Below, in pieces: positions 11,556-21,887 of a stretch of DNA of 64,000 nt. A program made the translations under genes and the position numbers. How positions within the stretch are numbered: position 1 is the stretch's first letter; each line of letters begins with the position of its first letter. A model generated the notes under the pieces. It had not been told where the DNA came from. It saw only the letters and a list, made by a program, of their open reading frames with translations, and made no database searches. The stretch is from an uncultured virus (IMG/VR IMGVR_UViG_3300042465_005830) (lineage: Duplodnaviria > Heunggongvirae > Uroviricota > Caudoviricetes), in the IMG/VR virus record IMGVR_UViG_3300042465_005830, positions 1 through 64,000 of that record; one strand, 5' to 3'.

Positions 11556-13106
11556 ATGCCAGATATTAGAATAGTACCCGGAAATGCAATAATGAGCTTT
11601 ACAAGTTCGTTAAACTTTATAGAAAGAATAACACAAGATCCTTCCGGATCCCTAACCCTATACGGTTCAGGATCAACTGGAAGAACAGATTTATTTTCAA
11701 TAGATGGAAATAACGGAAGATTATTCTCAGTATCTGACGATTTATCTGATTCATTATTTTCAGTAAATACCATAGCAGGACTTCCAGTAATAGAAGCTTT
11801 TGCAAATAATAGTGTAAACATTGGACAATACAGTGCACCTCCTATTAGAGTAATAGGATCAAGCGCTTTTATAACAGGTTCACTAGCTGGAGGAGCTGAC
11901 TTTAGTCGCACTAGTCTTGTCTATAACGAAGGTACTAATGCAACAAGGTATTTAGTTTTCGCATCAAATGGCAACGGAACCCCTCAAACATTGTATACAA
12001 ATCTTGGAAACCTAACCTACAACCCATCTTCAAACACGTTAACAGCAGGTACCTTCTCAGGAGCATTAACAGGTAATGCTTCAACAGCGACTGCTCTGAC
12101 TTCAATGAATATATCACAGTTTACAAATAACTCAGGATATACTACTAATACTGGAACAGTAACTTCTGTAGGAGGTACAGGTACAGTAAATGGAATTACA
12201 TTAACAGGAACAGTTTCTACAACAGGAAATTTAACTTTAGGAGGAACATTAGGAAGTATTGCAAATTCACAACTAGTAAATAGTGCAATACAGATAGGTT
12301 CAACTAATATGTCATTAGGAAATGGATATTCTGATTTAACAGGACTAGGAACTGTTAGAGCAGGTGCAGGAACAGCAGGAGCTCCATCTTTTGCATTCAC
12401 ATCAGATACTAATACAGGTATGTATAACATCTCAGCTGATACATTAGGATTCTCAACTGCAGGAACAGCTAGAATGGTTATTGATAGTAGCGGTAGAGTA
12501 GGGGTAAGCACTACATCAATGGTTAGGGATTTCCAAGTTGGAGCATTTAGTGGATCTCCTGAAATATGTATTGGATCAGGAACTGCAGGAAATGGTACTT
12601 TAGCTTTCGGAGATGGAGCTAGTGGTAATGATCCTTGGAGAGGATATGTACAATACCAGCATACAAACGATAGGATGGTTTTCGGTACAGCAAATGCTGG
12701 TTGGTTGAATTTAACAAGTGGAGGAGCTTTGGGACTTAATATAGTACCAACTAACACAGCTGGTAGATTTGAAGCTTCAAATGACATAGTAGCTTATTCA
12801 TCTTCAGATAAGAGATGGAAAAAGAATATTAAAAATATTAATTCTCCTTTAGAAAAATTATCTCAAATTAATGGAGTTGAATTTGATTGGATCGAAGACG
12901 AACCAGTTCATGGAAATAAAGGACATGATATAGGAGTTATTGCTCAAGAAGTTGAACAAGTATTACCGGAAATAGTTCAGACAAGAGAAAGCGGAATGAA
13001 AGCTGTTCAGTATGATAAAATTATACCGCTTCTAGTTGAGTGTATTAAAGACCAGCAAAAACAAATTGACGAATTAAAACAAATTGTAAATGGCATTACC
13101 AGCTAG
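11556..13106 (+). CDS. tail fibre/spike with C-terminal peptidase S74 (intramolecular chaperone) domain
   Basis: SSDKRWKKNI ... IGVIAQEVEQVLPEIV ... VQYDKIIPLLVECIK, followed by a coiled coil. Confidence 0.85.
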   Translation: MPDIRIVPGNAIMSFTSSLNFIERITQDPSGSLTLYGSGSTGRTDLFSIDGNNGRLFSVSDDLSDSLFSVNTIAGLPVIEAFANNSVNIGQYSAPPIRVIGSSAFITGSLAGGADFSRTSLVYNEGTNATRYLVFASNGNGTPQTLYTNLGNLTYNPSSNTLTAGTFSGALTGNASTATALTSMNISQFTNNSGYTTNTGTVTSVGGTGTVNGITLTGTVSTTGNLTLGGTLGSIANSQLVNSAIQIGSTNMSLGNGYSDLTGLGTVRAGAGTAGAPSFAFTSDTNTGMYNISADTLGFSTAGTARMVIDSSGRVGVSTTSMVRDFQVGAFSGSPEICIGSGTAGNGTLAFGDGASGNDPWRGYVQYQHTNDRMVFGTANAGWLNLTSGGALGLNIVPTNTAGRFEASNDIVAYSSSDKRWKKNIKNINSPLEKLSQINGVEFDWIEDEPVHGNKGHDIGVIAQEVEQVLPEIVQTRESGMKAVQYDKIIPLLVECIKDQQKQIDELKQIVNGITS

Positions 13107-13497
13107 CGGGCAATTAAGTTTAGGAGATATAGCAGGAGAATTAGGAGTAGACCCGCCATTATCTTTAAGAAGTATGTCTAATTCAGCAGGATTTTCTACT
13201 CCTGATGCTGTTAGTGAGTTTTACGGGTATAGTGGAGCAGTAACATACACGTATCATGCAAACTATACTGCTTACGGACCTTGCAGCTACGATTACTGGG
13301 ATATATACTACGGTAGTGACGGAGTATATTATAGGTTTGATGGAACATACTACGATCCAATGTATAATTATGCAGATCTCTGGTACGAGTATATGTACTA
13401 TGAACCACTCTTGGATGCAAATGTATATACAGAATGGGAGGTTAATGTAGCCTCTACGGTACTAACAGATAATGGGTTATTTTTAAGTTCATGTTAA
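13090..13497 (+). CDS. fibre-associated hypothetical protein
   Basis: MALPASGQLSLGDIAGELG N-terminus typical of genes following S74 fibres; Tyr-rich. Confidence 0.6.
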   Translation: MALPASGQLSLGDIAGELGVDPPLSLRSMSNSAGFSTPDAVSEFYGYSGAVTYTYHANYTAYGPCSYDYWDIYYGSDGVYYRFDGTYYDPMYNYADLWYEYMYYEPLLDANVYTEWEVNVASTVLTDNGLFLSSC

Positions 13498-13508
13498 CAG
13501 TATAAATT

Positions 13509-14171
13509 ATGATACAGAAAATACAAGCATTTGCAGTAGTAAATAGGGGAACTGCTACAGAAGTAAAAGTAGAGGTACAGAGTAGATTTACTACAAGAGA
13601 CAGAGCAGTAATTTACTACGACCTAAGAGATCCAAACGGAACAACTCCGGCATTTGATTCAAGAACAAATCAATTCGTAACACTCCCTTATGCAATCTTG
13701 TCACGTAACAAAATAGTAGTAACAGGAGAAGACCGTGCATCAGCAATATCAGATGCAAACCTTGCATCAAATATAGTATTTAGAGAGAGAACAGATGTAG
13801 TAAAAGATACAAATACATATAAATATTTTGCAGTTAGAAATAAAATGACTCAAAGAGGACGTAACGGAGGTCGACAAACCGTAGATAAAGGTGCATATAG
13901 GCTGTACGAAAAATCATCAGCAGCAAAAACAGGATTAAATAACTACACTCTTTTAAGTGAATCTCAAGGAGAACCTGTTGATAGAATCCCTATTTACGAC
14001 TTCAAAGGTCGTCTTATTGGATATGAAGATAAGTACTTATCAAGTAATTATGGAGCAGGTATTATAGATATACAGGTAACTATAAGCAACACAGGTGAAA
14101 AAACATATACAGTAGCTTCTAATAGTAGAGGAGATGAATTTTATATTAATTTAATACAACCATATTTATAA
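13509..14171 (+). CDS. hypothetical protein
   Basis: ORF track, 220 aa. Confidence 0.6.
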   Translation: MIQKIQAFAVVNRGTATEVKVEVQSRFTTRDRAVIYYDLRDPNGTTPAFDSRTNQFVTLPYAILSRNKIVVTGEDRASAISDANLASNIVFRERTDVVKDTNTYKYFAVRNKMTQRGRNGGRQTVDKGAYRLYEKSSAAKTGLNNYTLLSESQGEPVDRIPIYDFKGRLIGYEDKYLSSNYGAGIIDIQVTISNTGEKTYTVASNSRGDEFYINLIQPYL

Positions 14172-14180
14172 TAACAAAAC

Positions 14181-14425
14181 GTCCAGATTAAATCGGGTGA
14201 ATTGCTGGAAAGTCCTTAGAGCCTCAAGTACCAAAGCGTAACAATCTTGAGGATTGGAAAATCAGCAGCCAAGCTTAGGATACATCCTAGGAAGGTTCAG
14301 AGACTACTGGAGAGGTAAAGTCCTCTTAATAACCAGCTAGAGCGCCCGACACTTGTAAGAGTGATGATATAGTCCGAACTTTATGGAAACATAAAGATAA
14401 CAAATTGGGAGTTTCGGCTCTGGAT
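14181..14425 (+). ncRNA. group I intron ribozyme (intergenic, apparently permuted)
   Basis: Canonical core elements are present: P (GAATTGCTGGAAA, 14199), Q (AATCAGCAGCCAAG, 14260), R (GAAGGTTCAGAGACTA, 14291) and S (GATATAGTCC, 14366). Helices: P3 TCGGG/CCCGA, P7 GACTA/TAGTC, P8 CACTT/GAGTG, P9 CTTTATG-gaaa-CATAAAG, and P9.0 CGA/TTG placing omega-G at 14408. Confidence 0.88.
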
Positions 14426-14449
14426 GACCAAATTAAAAACAAATAGATT

Positions 14450-14788
14450 ATGACAAATTACACTTGGACTGTAGGTCCATTCGATTGCATCTTAAACGAA
14501 GATGACATGCAAAAAGTAGTAACAACAGTACACTGGAGATATAGAGGTACTGATGAAAATGGAACATCTGCAGAGACTTACGGAGCACAATCTGTAGGAG
14601 CTCCTGACCCGGAAAACTTTACTCCTTTCTTAGAAATTTCTCAAGAACAAGCAGAAGGGTGGTTAGAAGCAGTAATGGATATGGATGCTATAAAAGCAAA
14701 CATTGATTCTCAAATCAACTTAATAAACAATCCAGTAACAGCAACTTTAGCTGCTCCTTGGAATACACCAGTAACAGGTAGTTTGTAA
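14450..14788 (+). CDS. conserved phage hypothetical protein
   Basis: VVTTVHWRY ... FTPFLEISQEQAEGWL; a type commonly seen near fibre genes. Confidence 0.65.
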   Translation: MTNYTWTVGPFDCILNEDDMQKVVTTVHWRYRGTDENGTSAETYGAQSVGAPDPENFTPFLEISQEQAEGWLEAVMDMDAIKANIDSQINLINNPVTATLAAPWNTPVTGSL

Positions 14789-14844
14789 TTTAAAAAATAT
14801 TTACTATATTAAAGTATTAATCGATTAACACAAAAACAAGTTTC

Positions 14845-15117
14845 ATGGAAAACAAAAAATTAACACAAGAAGAGTTACAACAAATTGAAACGGTAAAACA
14901 AAAAAGCCAAGCAGTTGTACAAGAATTAGGTCAAATTGAATTACTAAAACTTCAACTAGAATCTAGAAGACAAAATGCTGAAGACTATTTAAAAGAGTTA
15001 GCACAAGAAGAAAAAGCATTAGCTGAATCCTTAGAAGCTGCTTACGGAAAAGGTACAATTGACCTTGAAAAAGGAGAATTTACTCCTTTTGTAGAAGAAG
15101 CAGAAGAGGTAAAGTAA
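14845..15117 (+). CDS. hypothetical coiled-coil protein
   Basis: Helical, acidic; ends YGKGTIDLEKGEF. Confidence 0.65.
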   Translation: MENKKLTQEELQQIETVKQKSQAVVQELGQIELLKLQLESRRQNAEDYLKELAQEEKALAESLEAAYGKGTIDLEKGEFTPFVEEAEEVK

Positions 15118-15258
15118 TTACTGTAAAAAATAAGAGGAATATAAGGAGGGTTTTGACTCTCCTTTCCTATTTATTAGAGAATATAGAACCTCTAATCATA
15201 TAAGAAGGTTATCGAAATCCCAAGATATTTATAATAAATTAAAACAAATTAAATAAAC

Positions 15259-17382
15259 ATGGCAGAATCAATTATCTCTCCAGGAGTATTTACAAGAGAA
15301 AATGACCTTTCTTTTATACAACCAGCACCGGTAGCGGTAGGAGCAGCATTTATTGGACCAACAGTTAAAGGGCCTGTAGAAATGCCTACAGTAGTAACTT
15401 CTTATAATGATTATGTAAGAAAGTTCGGAGTAACTTTCGCCTCAGGTTCAGACAAATTCGAATATTTAACTTCATTAGCCGTTAAGAATTACTTCTCTCA
15501 AGGAGGTAATACAGCCTTAATCACTAGAGTCGTAGACCACATTGGCCCTGATTACTCAGAAGCACAAAGTACAAACATTGCTTCTAACAAAGTAACAGGA
15601 GTAAATAGAGCAACTGGATCAGGAACTTTAACAAATGACATTGCAGTCAATCAAGAGTTTAAAGTACAGTACGGAACAGCAGCTTATAGATTTATTCCAG
15701 CAGGTACCCCACTTCCAGCAGATAGTGGAACAGGTAATGTATACTTCTTCCAATCAGGTTCAACAATTGCAGCAACAGTAACTAGCTTAGCAGCAGAAAT
15801 TAACAATGCAATCCCAGGAGTATTACAAGCAACAGGATCAGGAGCAAATTTACTTTTAAGCGGATCAGTAGCTGGTACTTTAAGAAATGGAATTACATTC
15901 TTTACAGGATCTATTACAGACTCTACCGTATCATCAAGCTTATTCACAATAGCAGGAGGTACAGACGCAGCAGCTTCTTCTTTCCCATTCTCAATTAATA
16001 CAATAGGTAAAGGAGCTATTTACAACAACTCTCCTCTAGCAACAGATGCAGGAGCTCAAAACTCTGACGGATCTTTAGTATCAGGTTCAGAAGATAACTT
16101 AAGATGGGAAATCACAAATGTAAATAACTCTAGAGGTACTTTTACATTATCAATAAGAAGAGGAGACGATAGTACAAATACTAAAGTAATCTTAGAAACG
16201 TTTAACAACCTTTCATTAGATCCAGCTTCAGATGATTATATCGAGAAAAGAATCGGTAGTCAATATACAACAATTGGTACAGACGGAAGTTCAACATTTT
16301 TAAGACTAGTAGGAGATTATCCAAATAGATCAAACTTTATTAGAGTAAGTGCAGTAAATTTACCTACAATTAACTACCTAGGAAACGACGGAGTATCAGT
16401 TAATGCAGATGCAGCAGGACTTTCTTACTCAGCATCTTTACCGCAAGCAGTTTCTGGAGCATTTCATAGTGCAGGAGGTACAATTATAGCAGGAGCTAAC
16501 TTCTTTAAAAACATAGACGCTCAAACACAGGGATTAATAGCAGGAGATTATACAGATGCAATTGCATTATTAGAGAATAGAGATGATTATCAATTCAATG
16601 TAATAACAGCACCAGGAGTAACTACAGCAGATCACTCAACAGTAACAGACGCACTTATCTCTTTAGCAGAAAATAGAGGAGATTGTATTGCAGTAGTAGA
16701 CTTAGTAGGATATGAATCTACACTTTCTCAAGTAACAGATGAAGCAGCAGTATTAAATAGTTCTTACGCAGCATCTTACTGGCCTTGGTTACAAACTAAA
16801 TCAGCTACAGGTAAGAATGAATGGATACCAGCTTCAGTTGTAATACCAGGAGTTTATACATTCACAGATGCAGCTTCAGCACCATGGTTTGCACCAGCAG
16901 GACTTGTAAGAGGAGGTATTCCAGGAGTAATTCAAGCACAAAGAAGATTAACAAAAGGAGAAAGAGATACTTTATACTCAGGAAAAGTAAATCCAATTGC
17001 TTCTTTCCCAGGAACAGGTATATCAGTATTCGGACAAAAAACATTACAAACAAAAGCTTCAGCTTTAGATAGAGTAAACGTTAGACGTTTGTTAATAGAA
17101 CTTAAGAAGTTCATTGGTGACCAAGCTAAAAACTTAGTATTCGAACAAAATACTATTGCAACAAGAAATAAATTCTTAGCGACGGTTAATCCTTACTTAG
17201 AATCAGTAGTACAAAGACAAGGTCTTTATGCATACAGAGTAGTAATGGACGAATCTAACAACTCAGCAGATGTAGTTGATAGAAATCAATTAGTAGGACA
17301 AATCTACATTCAACCAGCTAAAACAATTGAATTCGTAGTATTAGACTTCACAATTGAACCAACAGGAGCAACGTTTGTATAA
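15259..17382 (+). CDS. tail sheath protein
   Basis: SPGVFTRENDLS start; PWFAPAGLVRG; GQKTLQ..SALDRVNVRRLL; IQPAKTIEFV end (gp18-like). Confidence 0.95.
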   Translation: MAESIISPGVFTRENDLSFIQPAPVAVGAAFIGPTVKGPVEMPTVVTSYNDYVRKFGVTFASGSDKFEYLTSLAVKNYFSQGGNTALITRVVDHIGPDYSEAQSTNIASNKVTGVNRATGSGTLTNDIAVNQEFKVQYGTAAYRFIPAGTPLPADSGTGNVYFFQSGSTIAATVTSLAAEINNAIPGVLQATGSGANLLLSGSVAGTLRNGITFFTGSITDSTVSSSLFTIAGGTDAAASSFPFSINTIGKGAIYNNSPLATDAGAQNSDGSLVSGSEDNLRWEITNVNNSRGTFTLSIRRGDDSTNTKVILETFNNLSLDPASDDYIEKRIGSQYTTIGTDGSSTFLRLVGDYPNRSNFIRVSAVNLPTINYLGNDGVSVNADAAGLSYSASLPQAVSGAFHSAGGTIIAGANFFKNIDAQTQGLIAGDYTDAIALLENRDDYQFNVITAPGVTTADHSTVTDALISLAENRGDCIAVVDLVGYESTLSQVTDEAAVLNSSYAASYWPWLQTKSATGKNEWIPASVVIPGVYTFTDAASAPWFAPAGLVRGGIPGVIQAQRRLTKGERDTLYSGKVNPIASFPGTGISVFGQKTLQTKASALDRVNVRRLLIELKKFIGDQAKNLVFEQNTIATRNKFLATVNPYLESVVQRQGLYAYRVVMDESNNSADVVDRNQLVGQIYIQPAKTIEFVVLDFTIEPTGATFV

Positions 17383-17427
17383 TATTTAGAAACACAGATA
17401 TTTATAATTAAATAAGTAAACAATAAA

Positions 17428-17916
17428 ATGGCAGTATTAGATCCAAACGAAATAATGTTCAGAGCCTTCGAACCAATGGTTCAGCACAGGTTCGTAATGT
17501 ATATAGACAATATCCCAGCTTTTATGATTAAAAACGTAAAAGCACCTACCTTCTCAGACAATGAGATCAAACTTGATCACATAAACTCTTACAGAAAAAT
17601 AAGAGGAAAAAGAAACTGGGAAAATATGGCTATGACCTTATATTCACCAATTACTCCTTCTGGAGCACAAGCTGTAATGGAGTGGGCTCGTTTAGGATAC
17701 GAATCAGTAACAGGTAGAGCTGGATATTCAGATTTCTATAAGAAAGATTTAACTTTAAACATTCTAGGTCCTGTAGGAGATATCGTAGGGGAGTGGATTA
17801 TTAAAGGAGCTTTCTTAATAAAAGGAGATTTTGGACAATTTGACTGGACTTCTGCTGACGGAGTAGTAGAAATAGCAATAGAAGTAGCAATGGATTATTG
17901 TGTATTAAATTACTAA
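17428..17916 (+). CDS. tail tube protein (gp19-like)
   Basis: Follows the sheath gene; 162 aa; RFVMYID, EWIIKGAF..FGQFDW. Confidence 0.85.
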   Translation: MAVLDPNEIMFRAFEPMVQHRFVMYIDNIPAFMIKNVKAPTFSDNEIKLDHINSYRKIRGKRNWENMAMTLYSPITPSGAQAVMEWARLGYESVTGRAGYSDFYKKDLTLNILGPVGDIVGEWIIKGAFLIKGDFGQFDWTSADGVVEIAIEVAMDYCVLNY

Positions 17917-17935
17917 TAACATTAAAATAAAAATT

Positions 17936-17969
17936 AACAAGCCTGGCAATAGTCAGGCTTTGTTGTTTT
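17936..17969 (+). terminator. intrinsic terminator
   Basis: AAGCCTGGC-aata-GTCAGGCTT hairpin with T-rich tail. Confidence 0.6.
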
Positions 17970-18025
17970 AAAAAAGTTTTATTCGTATATTTATATATAG
18001 AAAAAGTTACTAACAAATAAAATTT

Positions 18026-18766
18026 ATGGAACAAAAGCAAAAATTTCCTACCGAAATGGTAGAATTGCCATCAAAAGGATTACTTTATCCAAAAGATTCT
18101 GAACTAGCATCAGGTAAGATCGAAATGAAATACATGACAGCTCGTGAAGAAGATATTCTAACAAATCAAAATTATATCCAACAAGGAGTAGTTATTGATA
18201 AATTACTACAGTCTCTTATTATAACTCCAATTAACTATGGAGATCTTTTAGTAGGGGATAAGAATGCAATCTTAATTGCTTCTAGAGTATTAGGGTACGG
18301 AAAAGATTATGAATTTGAATACAAAGGACGAAAAGAAGTAATCGATCTTGCAGAATTAAAACCTAAAGAGATTAACTACGACGCTTTAAAAGGAGGTAAG
18401 AATGAGTTTGCATTTACAATGCCAGCATCAGGAACATCTGTTACTTTTAAATTACTTACTCATGCAGATGAGCAAATTATTGATCAAGAAGTAAAAGGAT
18501 TAAAGAAACTAACAAAAGATGCTTCTCCTGAACTTTCAACAAGATTAAAAAGAATGATTACTTCAGTAGAGGGAGATTCAACACCTAAAGCAATTAGAGA
18601 TTTTGTAGATAACTACTTATTAGCAAGAGACTCTAGAGCATTTAGAGAACATGTTAGACAAGTACAACCAGATATTGATTTAAAATTCTTCCCAGAAGAC
18701 GGACCTGAAGGAGGGGTTGATATCCCAATTGGGGTTAGCTTTCTTTGGCCTGACTCCGGATTATAG
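18026..18766 (+). CDS. gp26-like baseplate hub assembly / tail assembly chaperone
   Basis: VELPSKG..Y, MTAREEDIL, LLVGDKNAILIASR..GYG, C-terminal FLWP; lies between the tube and tape measure genes. Confidence 0.75.
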   Translation: MEQKQKFPTEMVELPSKGLLYPKDSELASGKIEMKYMTAREEDILTNQNYIQQGVVIDKLLQSLIITPINYGDLLVGDKNAILIASRVLGYGKDYEFEYKGRKEVIDLAELKPKEINYDALKGGKNEFAFTMPASGTSVTFKLLTHADEQIIDQEVKGLKKLTKDASPELSTRLKRMITSVEGDSTPKAIRDFVDNYLLARDSRAFREHVRQVQPDIDLKFFPEDGPEGGVDIPIGVSFLWPDSGL

Positions 18767-18995
18767 AGCCGGACTTTTTGCACAACTACATGACATAGTT
18801 TTTAATGGACAAGGAGGTTATTCTTTTGAATCAGTATACGAATTTCCAATTTGGTTAAGAAAGTATATTCATAGAACTATGGTAGAGCATTATCAAAAAC
18901 AAAATCAACAACAGCAACAACAGTCCGGTAAGACATCAGTATTACAAAACGGGCATATAAAAGCACCAGACTATAGTACAAAGGCTCCTAGATAA
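18740..18995 (+). CDS. overlapping ORF, probable frameshift extension of the tail assembly chaperone
   Basis: Lies in the +1 frame and overlaps the end of 18026..18766; the only upstream start is a TTG at 18717; FFGLT..YR..VYEFPIWLR. Confidence 0.55.
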
Positions 18996-19031
18996 TAGGA
19001 GCTTTAGCTATTTATAATAAAATCTCCATTA

Positions 19032-21854
19032 ATGGCGTTAAATAAACAATCGCAAAAAGACGTACAGGATACAGCAACCTACATAGAAGATACACTTAAA
19101 TCAGTATCTGCTAATCTAGGAGAAGTGTTTAAACAAGCTGTTGAATCTGCATTTGACGGAGTAGATGCCACTGTTATGACGGTTGCAACAAAAGACTTCA
19201 CACGAGCAATGGCAGCAGCAGCTAAGACTTCTGAAGACTTAGTAAAAAATCATTATAGAATTTCTCAAGGATTAACTACTTCTAAAAATTTAGAAAAGCA
19301 ATTACAAACAATTGCAGAAAGGAAATTAGAATTAGAAAGAAAATACGCTTACACAAAGCAGTTAGCAGAGGATATAGGTAAGAAGATGACAAAGCAGCAG
19401 GAGAAAGCCTTTGGTGATGCTCAAGCAGCTTTAGATTTACAAGAACGGATTCTTGAAGCAGATAGGCAATCTCTTATAAGCATAGAAAAGAAAGTAGGGC
19501 TCACAGGTAAACTTGTATCGGCTTTAGGTAAAATACCAGGAATAGGTCAATTCTTAAAAGCAGATGAGATTGATCAGGAGATGAGAAAAGCAGCTGCAAA
19601 TGGTGCTAGCAAATTCCAGACTATGGGAATTGCAGGTAAAATGGTAGGTAAGCAGTTACTTGAAGGTCTTTTTGATCCTTTAGCAATGATAGGTGCTATC
19701 TGGAGCGGCTTTATGAGGGTAAATAAGGCAACTGTAGATGTACAACGATTAACCGGACAATACGAAACATCTATTGCGGGAGTTAACGATAGATTAGCAA
19801 CATCAGCACAGTTTTTAGAAACTGCAGCAGAACTAACAAAACAGTGGGGAGTTTCTGCAACACTAGTATTTACTCCAGACCAAATCGGACAAATAGCAGA
19901 AGCTAAGAACCTATTAGGACTTTCAGCTGAACAAGCAGGAAGAATGGGAATGTTGATGCAAACCACAGGTAAGTCAGCAGACCAGGTAGGACAGGGAATT
20001 TACGATACAGTAAATGCATTTAATGGTGCAAATCGAGCAGGAATAGCACACGGAGTAGTCTTACAGGACGTACTAAGTGCCTCGGATAGTATAACAGCTT
20101 CTTTAGGGAATAGTGAGAAAAAGATAGGAGCAGCTGCAGTAGCAGCTAGGGGATTAGGGTTAAGCTTAAACGAACTAGACGACATTGCAGGAAGCTTTCT
20201 TAATTTTGAAGATTCTATATCTGCAGAATTAGAAGCACAGTTACTCACTGGAAAAAATATAAATTTATCTAAAGCAAGAGAACTTGCATTAAATAACGAC
20301 TTAGAAGGAGTAGCTAACGAACTAAGTAAAAACGGAGCATCAGCAGTAGAGTACGCTAACATGAACCGTCTTGAACAAGAAAGCTTAGCTAAAGCAATGG
20401 GTATGTCTAGAGATCAACTTGCTAAAAGCGTACTAACGCAAGAGGCAATGAAGAACATGACTGACGAGCAAATTGCCAAAGCAAGAGGAGTTACCCTAGA
20501 ACAGTCAAAAGCAATGGACGTTCAAGAAAAGATGCAAGTAGGTATGCAAAAGTTAGCAGAAGCTTTCGCACCAGTCTTAGACGTAGTTGTTAACTTAGTA
20601 GATGCTTTAATGTTCGTTATAACACCTGTAGCAAAACTTATTGCAATGGTAGTAGGAAACCCTATAGGGAAAGCAATATTACTAGCAGTAGTAGCAGCTA
20701 ACTTTTTAGGAGTAGCAGTATCAGGAGTAGGGAAAGCTTTTGGATCAATGTACCAGTTAGGGGCAAAAGCACTATCAGGTCTAACAGGTTTGTTCAAAGG
20801 AGGAGGATTGAAAGATGGTTTAGGAGGACTGAAAGATAAATTAGTAGGAGGATTTAAAGGAGCAGGAGGAGATAAGACAAAAGACCTTATCGCTGATAAA
20901 GCTCAAGATGTATCCGGAGCAACAGATAAAGCATCCAGCTCAGGAACAGGGGAAAAGTTCAAAGAGAAAATGCAAAATATAGCCGAAGGTATAAAAGCTT
21001 TCGGAAACATGGAAGTACTTTTTGGAGCAGTTAATTTAATACCGTCCTCTATAGGTCTTATAGCGATGATACCTGGAGTATTAGGAGCAAAGTTAATTGA
21101 GCAGATAGATGGAGAGAAGCTTAAAGAATCTTTAATAGGTTTAGGAACAGGTATATCGGAAATGGGTAAAGGAACTGTACTTCTAGGAGCGTTGGGATTA
21201 ATAACAACTTCAATAGGGTTGATTGCAATGATACCGGGTATAGCAGCAGGACTTTTACTAGCAGCAACTGCTAAGCCTATATCAATGGGATTGGAGGTAC
21301 TAGGAAAAGGATTAGAGGCATTTGGGGAATCTATGATGACAGGCTATGGGTTAATAGGATTAGCAGCAGTAGCAGTAGGGGCACTTGCATTAGGAGCAGC
21401 ACTTAACTTAGCAGCACCAGGAATTGAAGCATTCGGAACAGTAGTTACAGCAGTTTTTGCAGGACTAGCAACACTAGTAGGAGCAGTAGCAGAGGGGTTT
21501 GTAACAATGATGGGAGCAGTTACAATGGAAAATATACTACCAATGATGTTACTAGGGCCGGCGTTATTTGGAATAGCAGCAGGACTTGCAGCTATCGCAA
21601 TTGCAGGACCAATGGCAATACCGGCATTAATAGCCGTAACAGGACTAGCAGCAGTAGCAGGTGGAGTAGCAGCAATATTTGGCGGAGGAGATAGTGTAGG
21701 AGAAGCTAAAGGAAAATCAGAAGAAGGATCCATGGCAGCAGTAGAAGCTAAATTAACAGAACTTATAGCAGTAGTAAAAGCAGGAGGAAACGTATACTTA
21801 GACACTAACAAAGTCGGTAGAGCACAAGTACTCGGAAGTTATAAATCTTCATAA
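19032..21854 (+). CDS. tape measure protein
   Basis: 940 aa, Ala/Gly-rich helical with hydrophobic segments; position after tube and chaperone genes. Confidence 0.85.
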   Translation: MALNKQSQKDVQDTATYIEDTLKSVSANLGEVFKQAVESAFDGVDATVMTVATKDFTRAMAAAAKTSEDLVKNHYRISQGLTTSKNLEKQLQTIAERKLELERKYAYTKQLAEDIGKKMTKQQEKAFGDAQAALDLQERILEADRQSLISIEKKVGLTGKLVSALGKIPGIGQFLKADEIDQEMRKAAANGASKFQTMGIAGKMVGKQLLEGLFDPLAMIGAIWSGFMRVNKATVDVQRLTGQYETSIAGVNDRLATSAQFLETAAELTKQWGVSATLVFTPDQIGQIAEAKNLLGLSAEQAGRMGMLMQTTGKSADQVGQGIYDTVNAFNGANRAGIAHGVVLQDVLSASDSITASLGNSEKKIGAAAVAARGLGLSLNELDDIAGSFLNFEDSISAELEAQLLTGKNINLSKARELALNNDLEGVANELSKNGASAVEYANMNRLEQESLAKAMGMSRDQLAKSVLTQEAMKNMTDEQIAKARGVTLEQSKAMDVQEKMQVGMQKLAEAFAPVLDVVVNLVDALMFVITPVAKLIAMVVGNPIGKAILLAVVAANFLGVAVSGVGKAFGSMYQLGAKALSGLTGLFKGGGLKDGLGGLKDKLVGGFKGAGGDKTKDLIADKAQDVSGATDKASSSGTGEKFKEKMQNIAEGIKAFGNMEVLFGAVNLIPSSIGLIAMIPGVLGAKLIEQIDGEKLKESLIGLGTGISEMGKGTVLLGALGLITTSIGLIAMIPGIAAGLLLAATAKPISMGLEVLGKGLEAFGESMMTGYGLIGLAAVAVGALALGAALNLAAPGIEAFGTVVTAVFAGLATLVGAVAEGFVTMMGAVTMENILPMMLLGPALFGIAAGLAAIAIAGPMAIPALIAVTGLAAVAGGVAAIFGGGDSVGEAKGKSEEGSMAAVEAKLTELIAVVKAGGNVYLDTNKVGRAQVLGSYKSS

Positions 21855-21887
21855 ATAAACTATTTATAATAAATTAAAACAATTAAT

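Noticed and set aside
13509..14788. Group I intron interrupting a single gene made of the two flanking ORFs
   Set aside because: The upstream ORF ends before the intron, no upstream P1 partner is visible, and all frames after omega-G contain stops before 14450.
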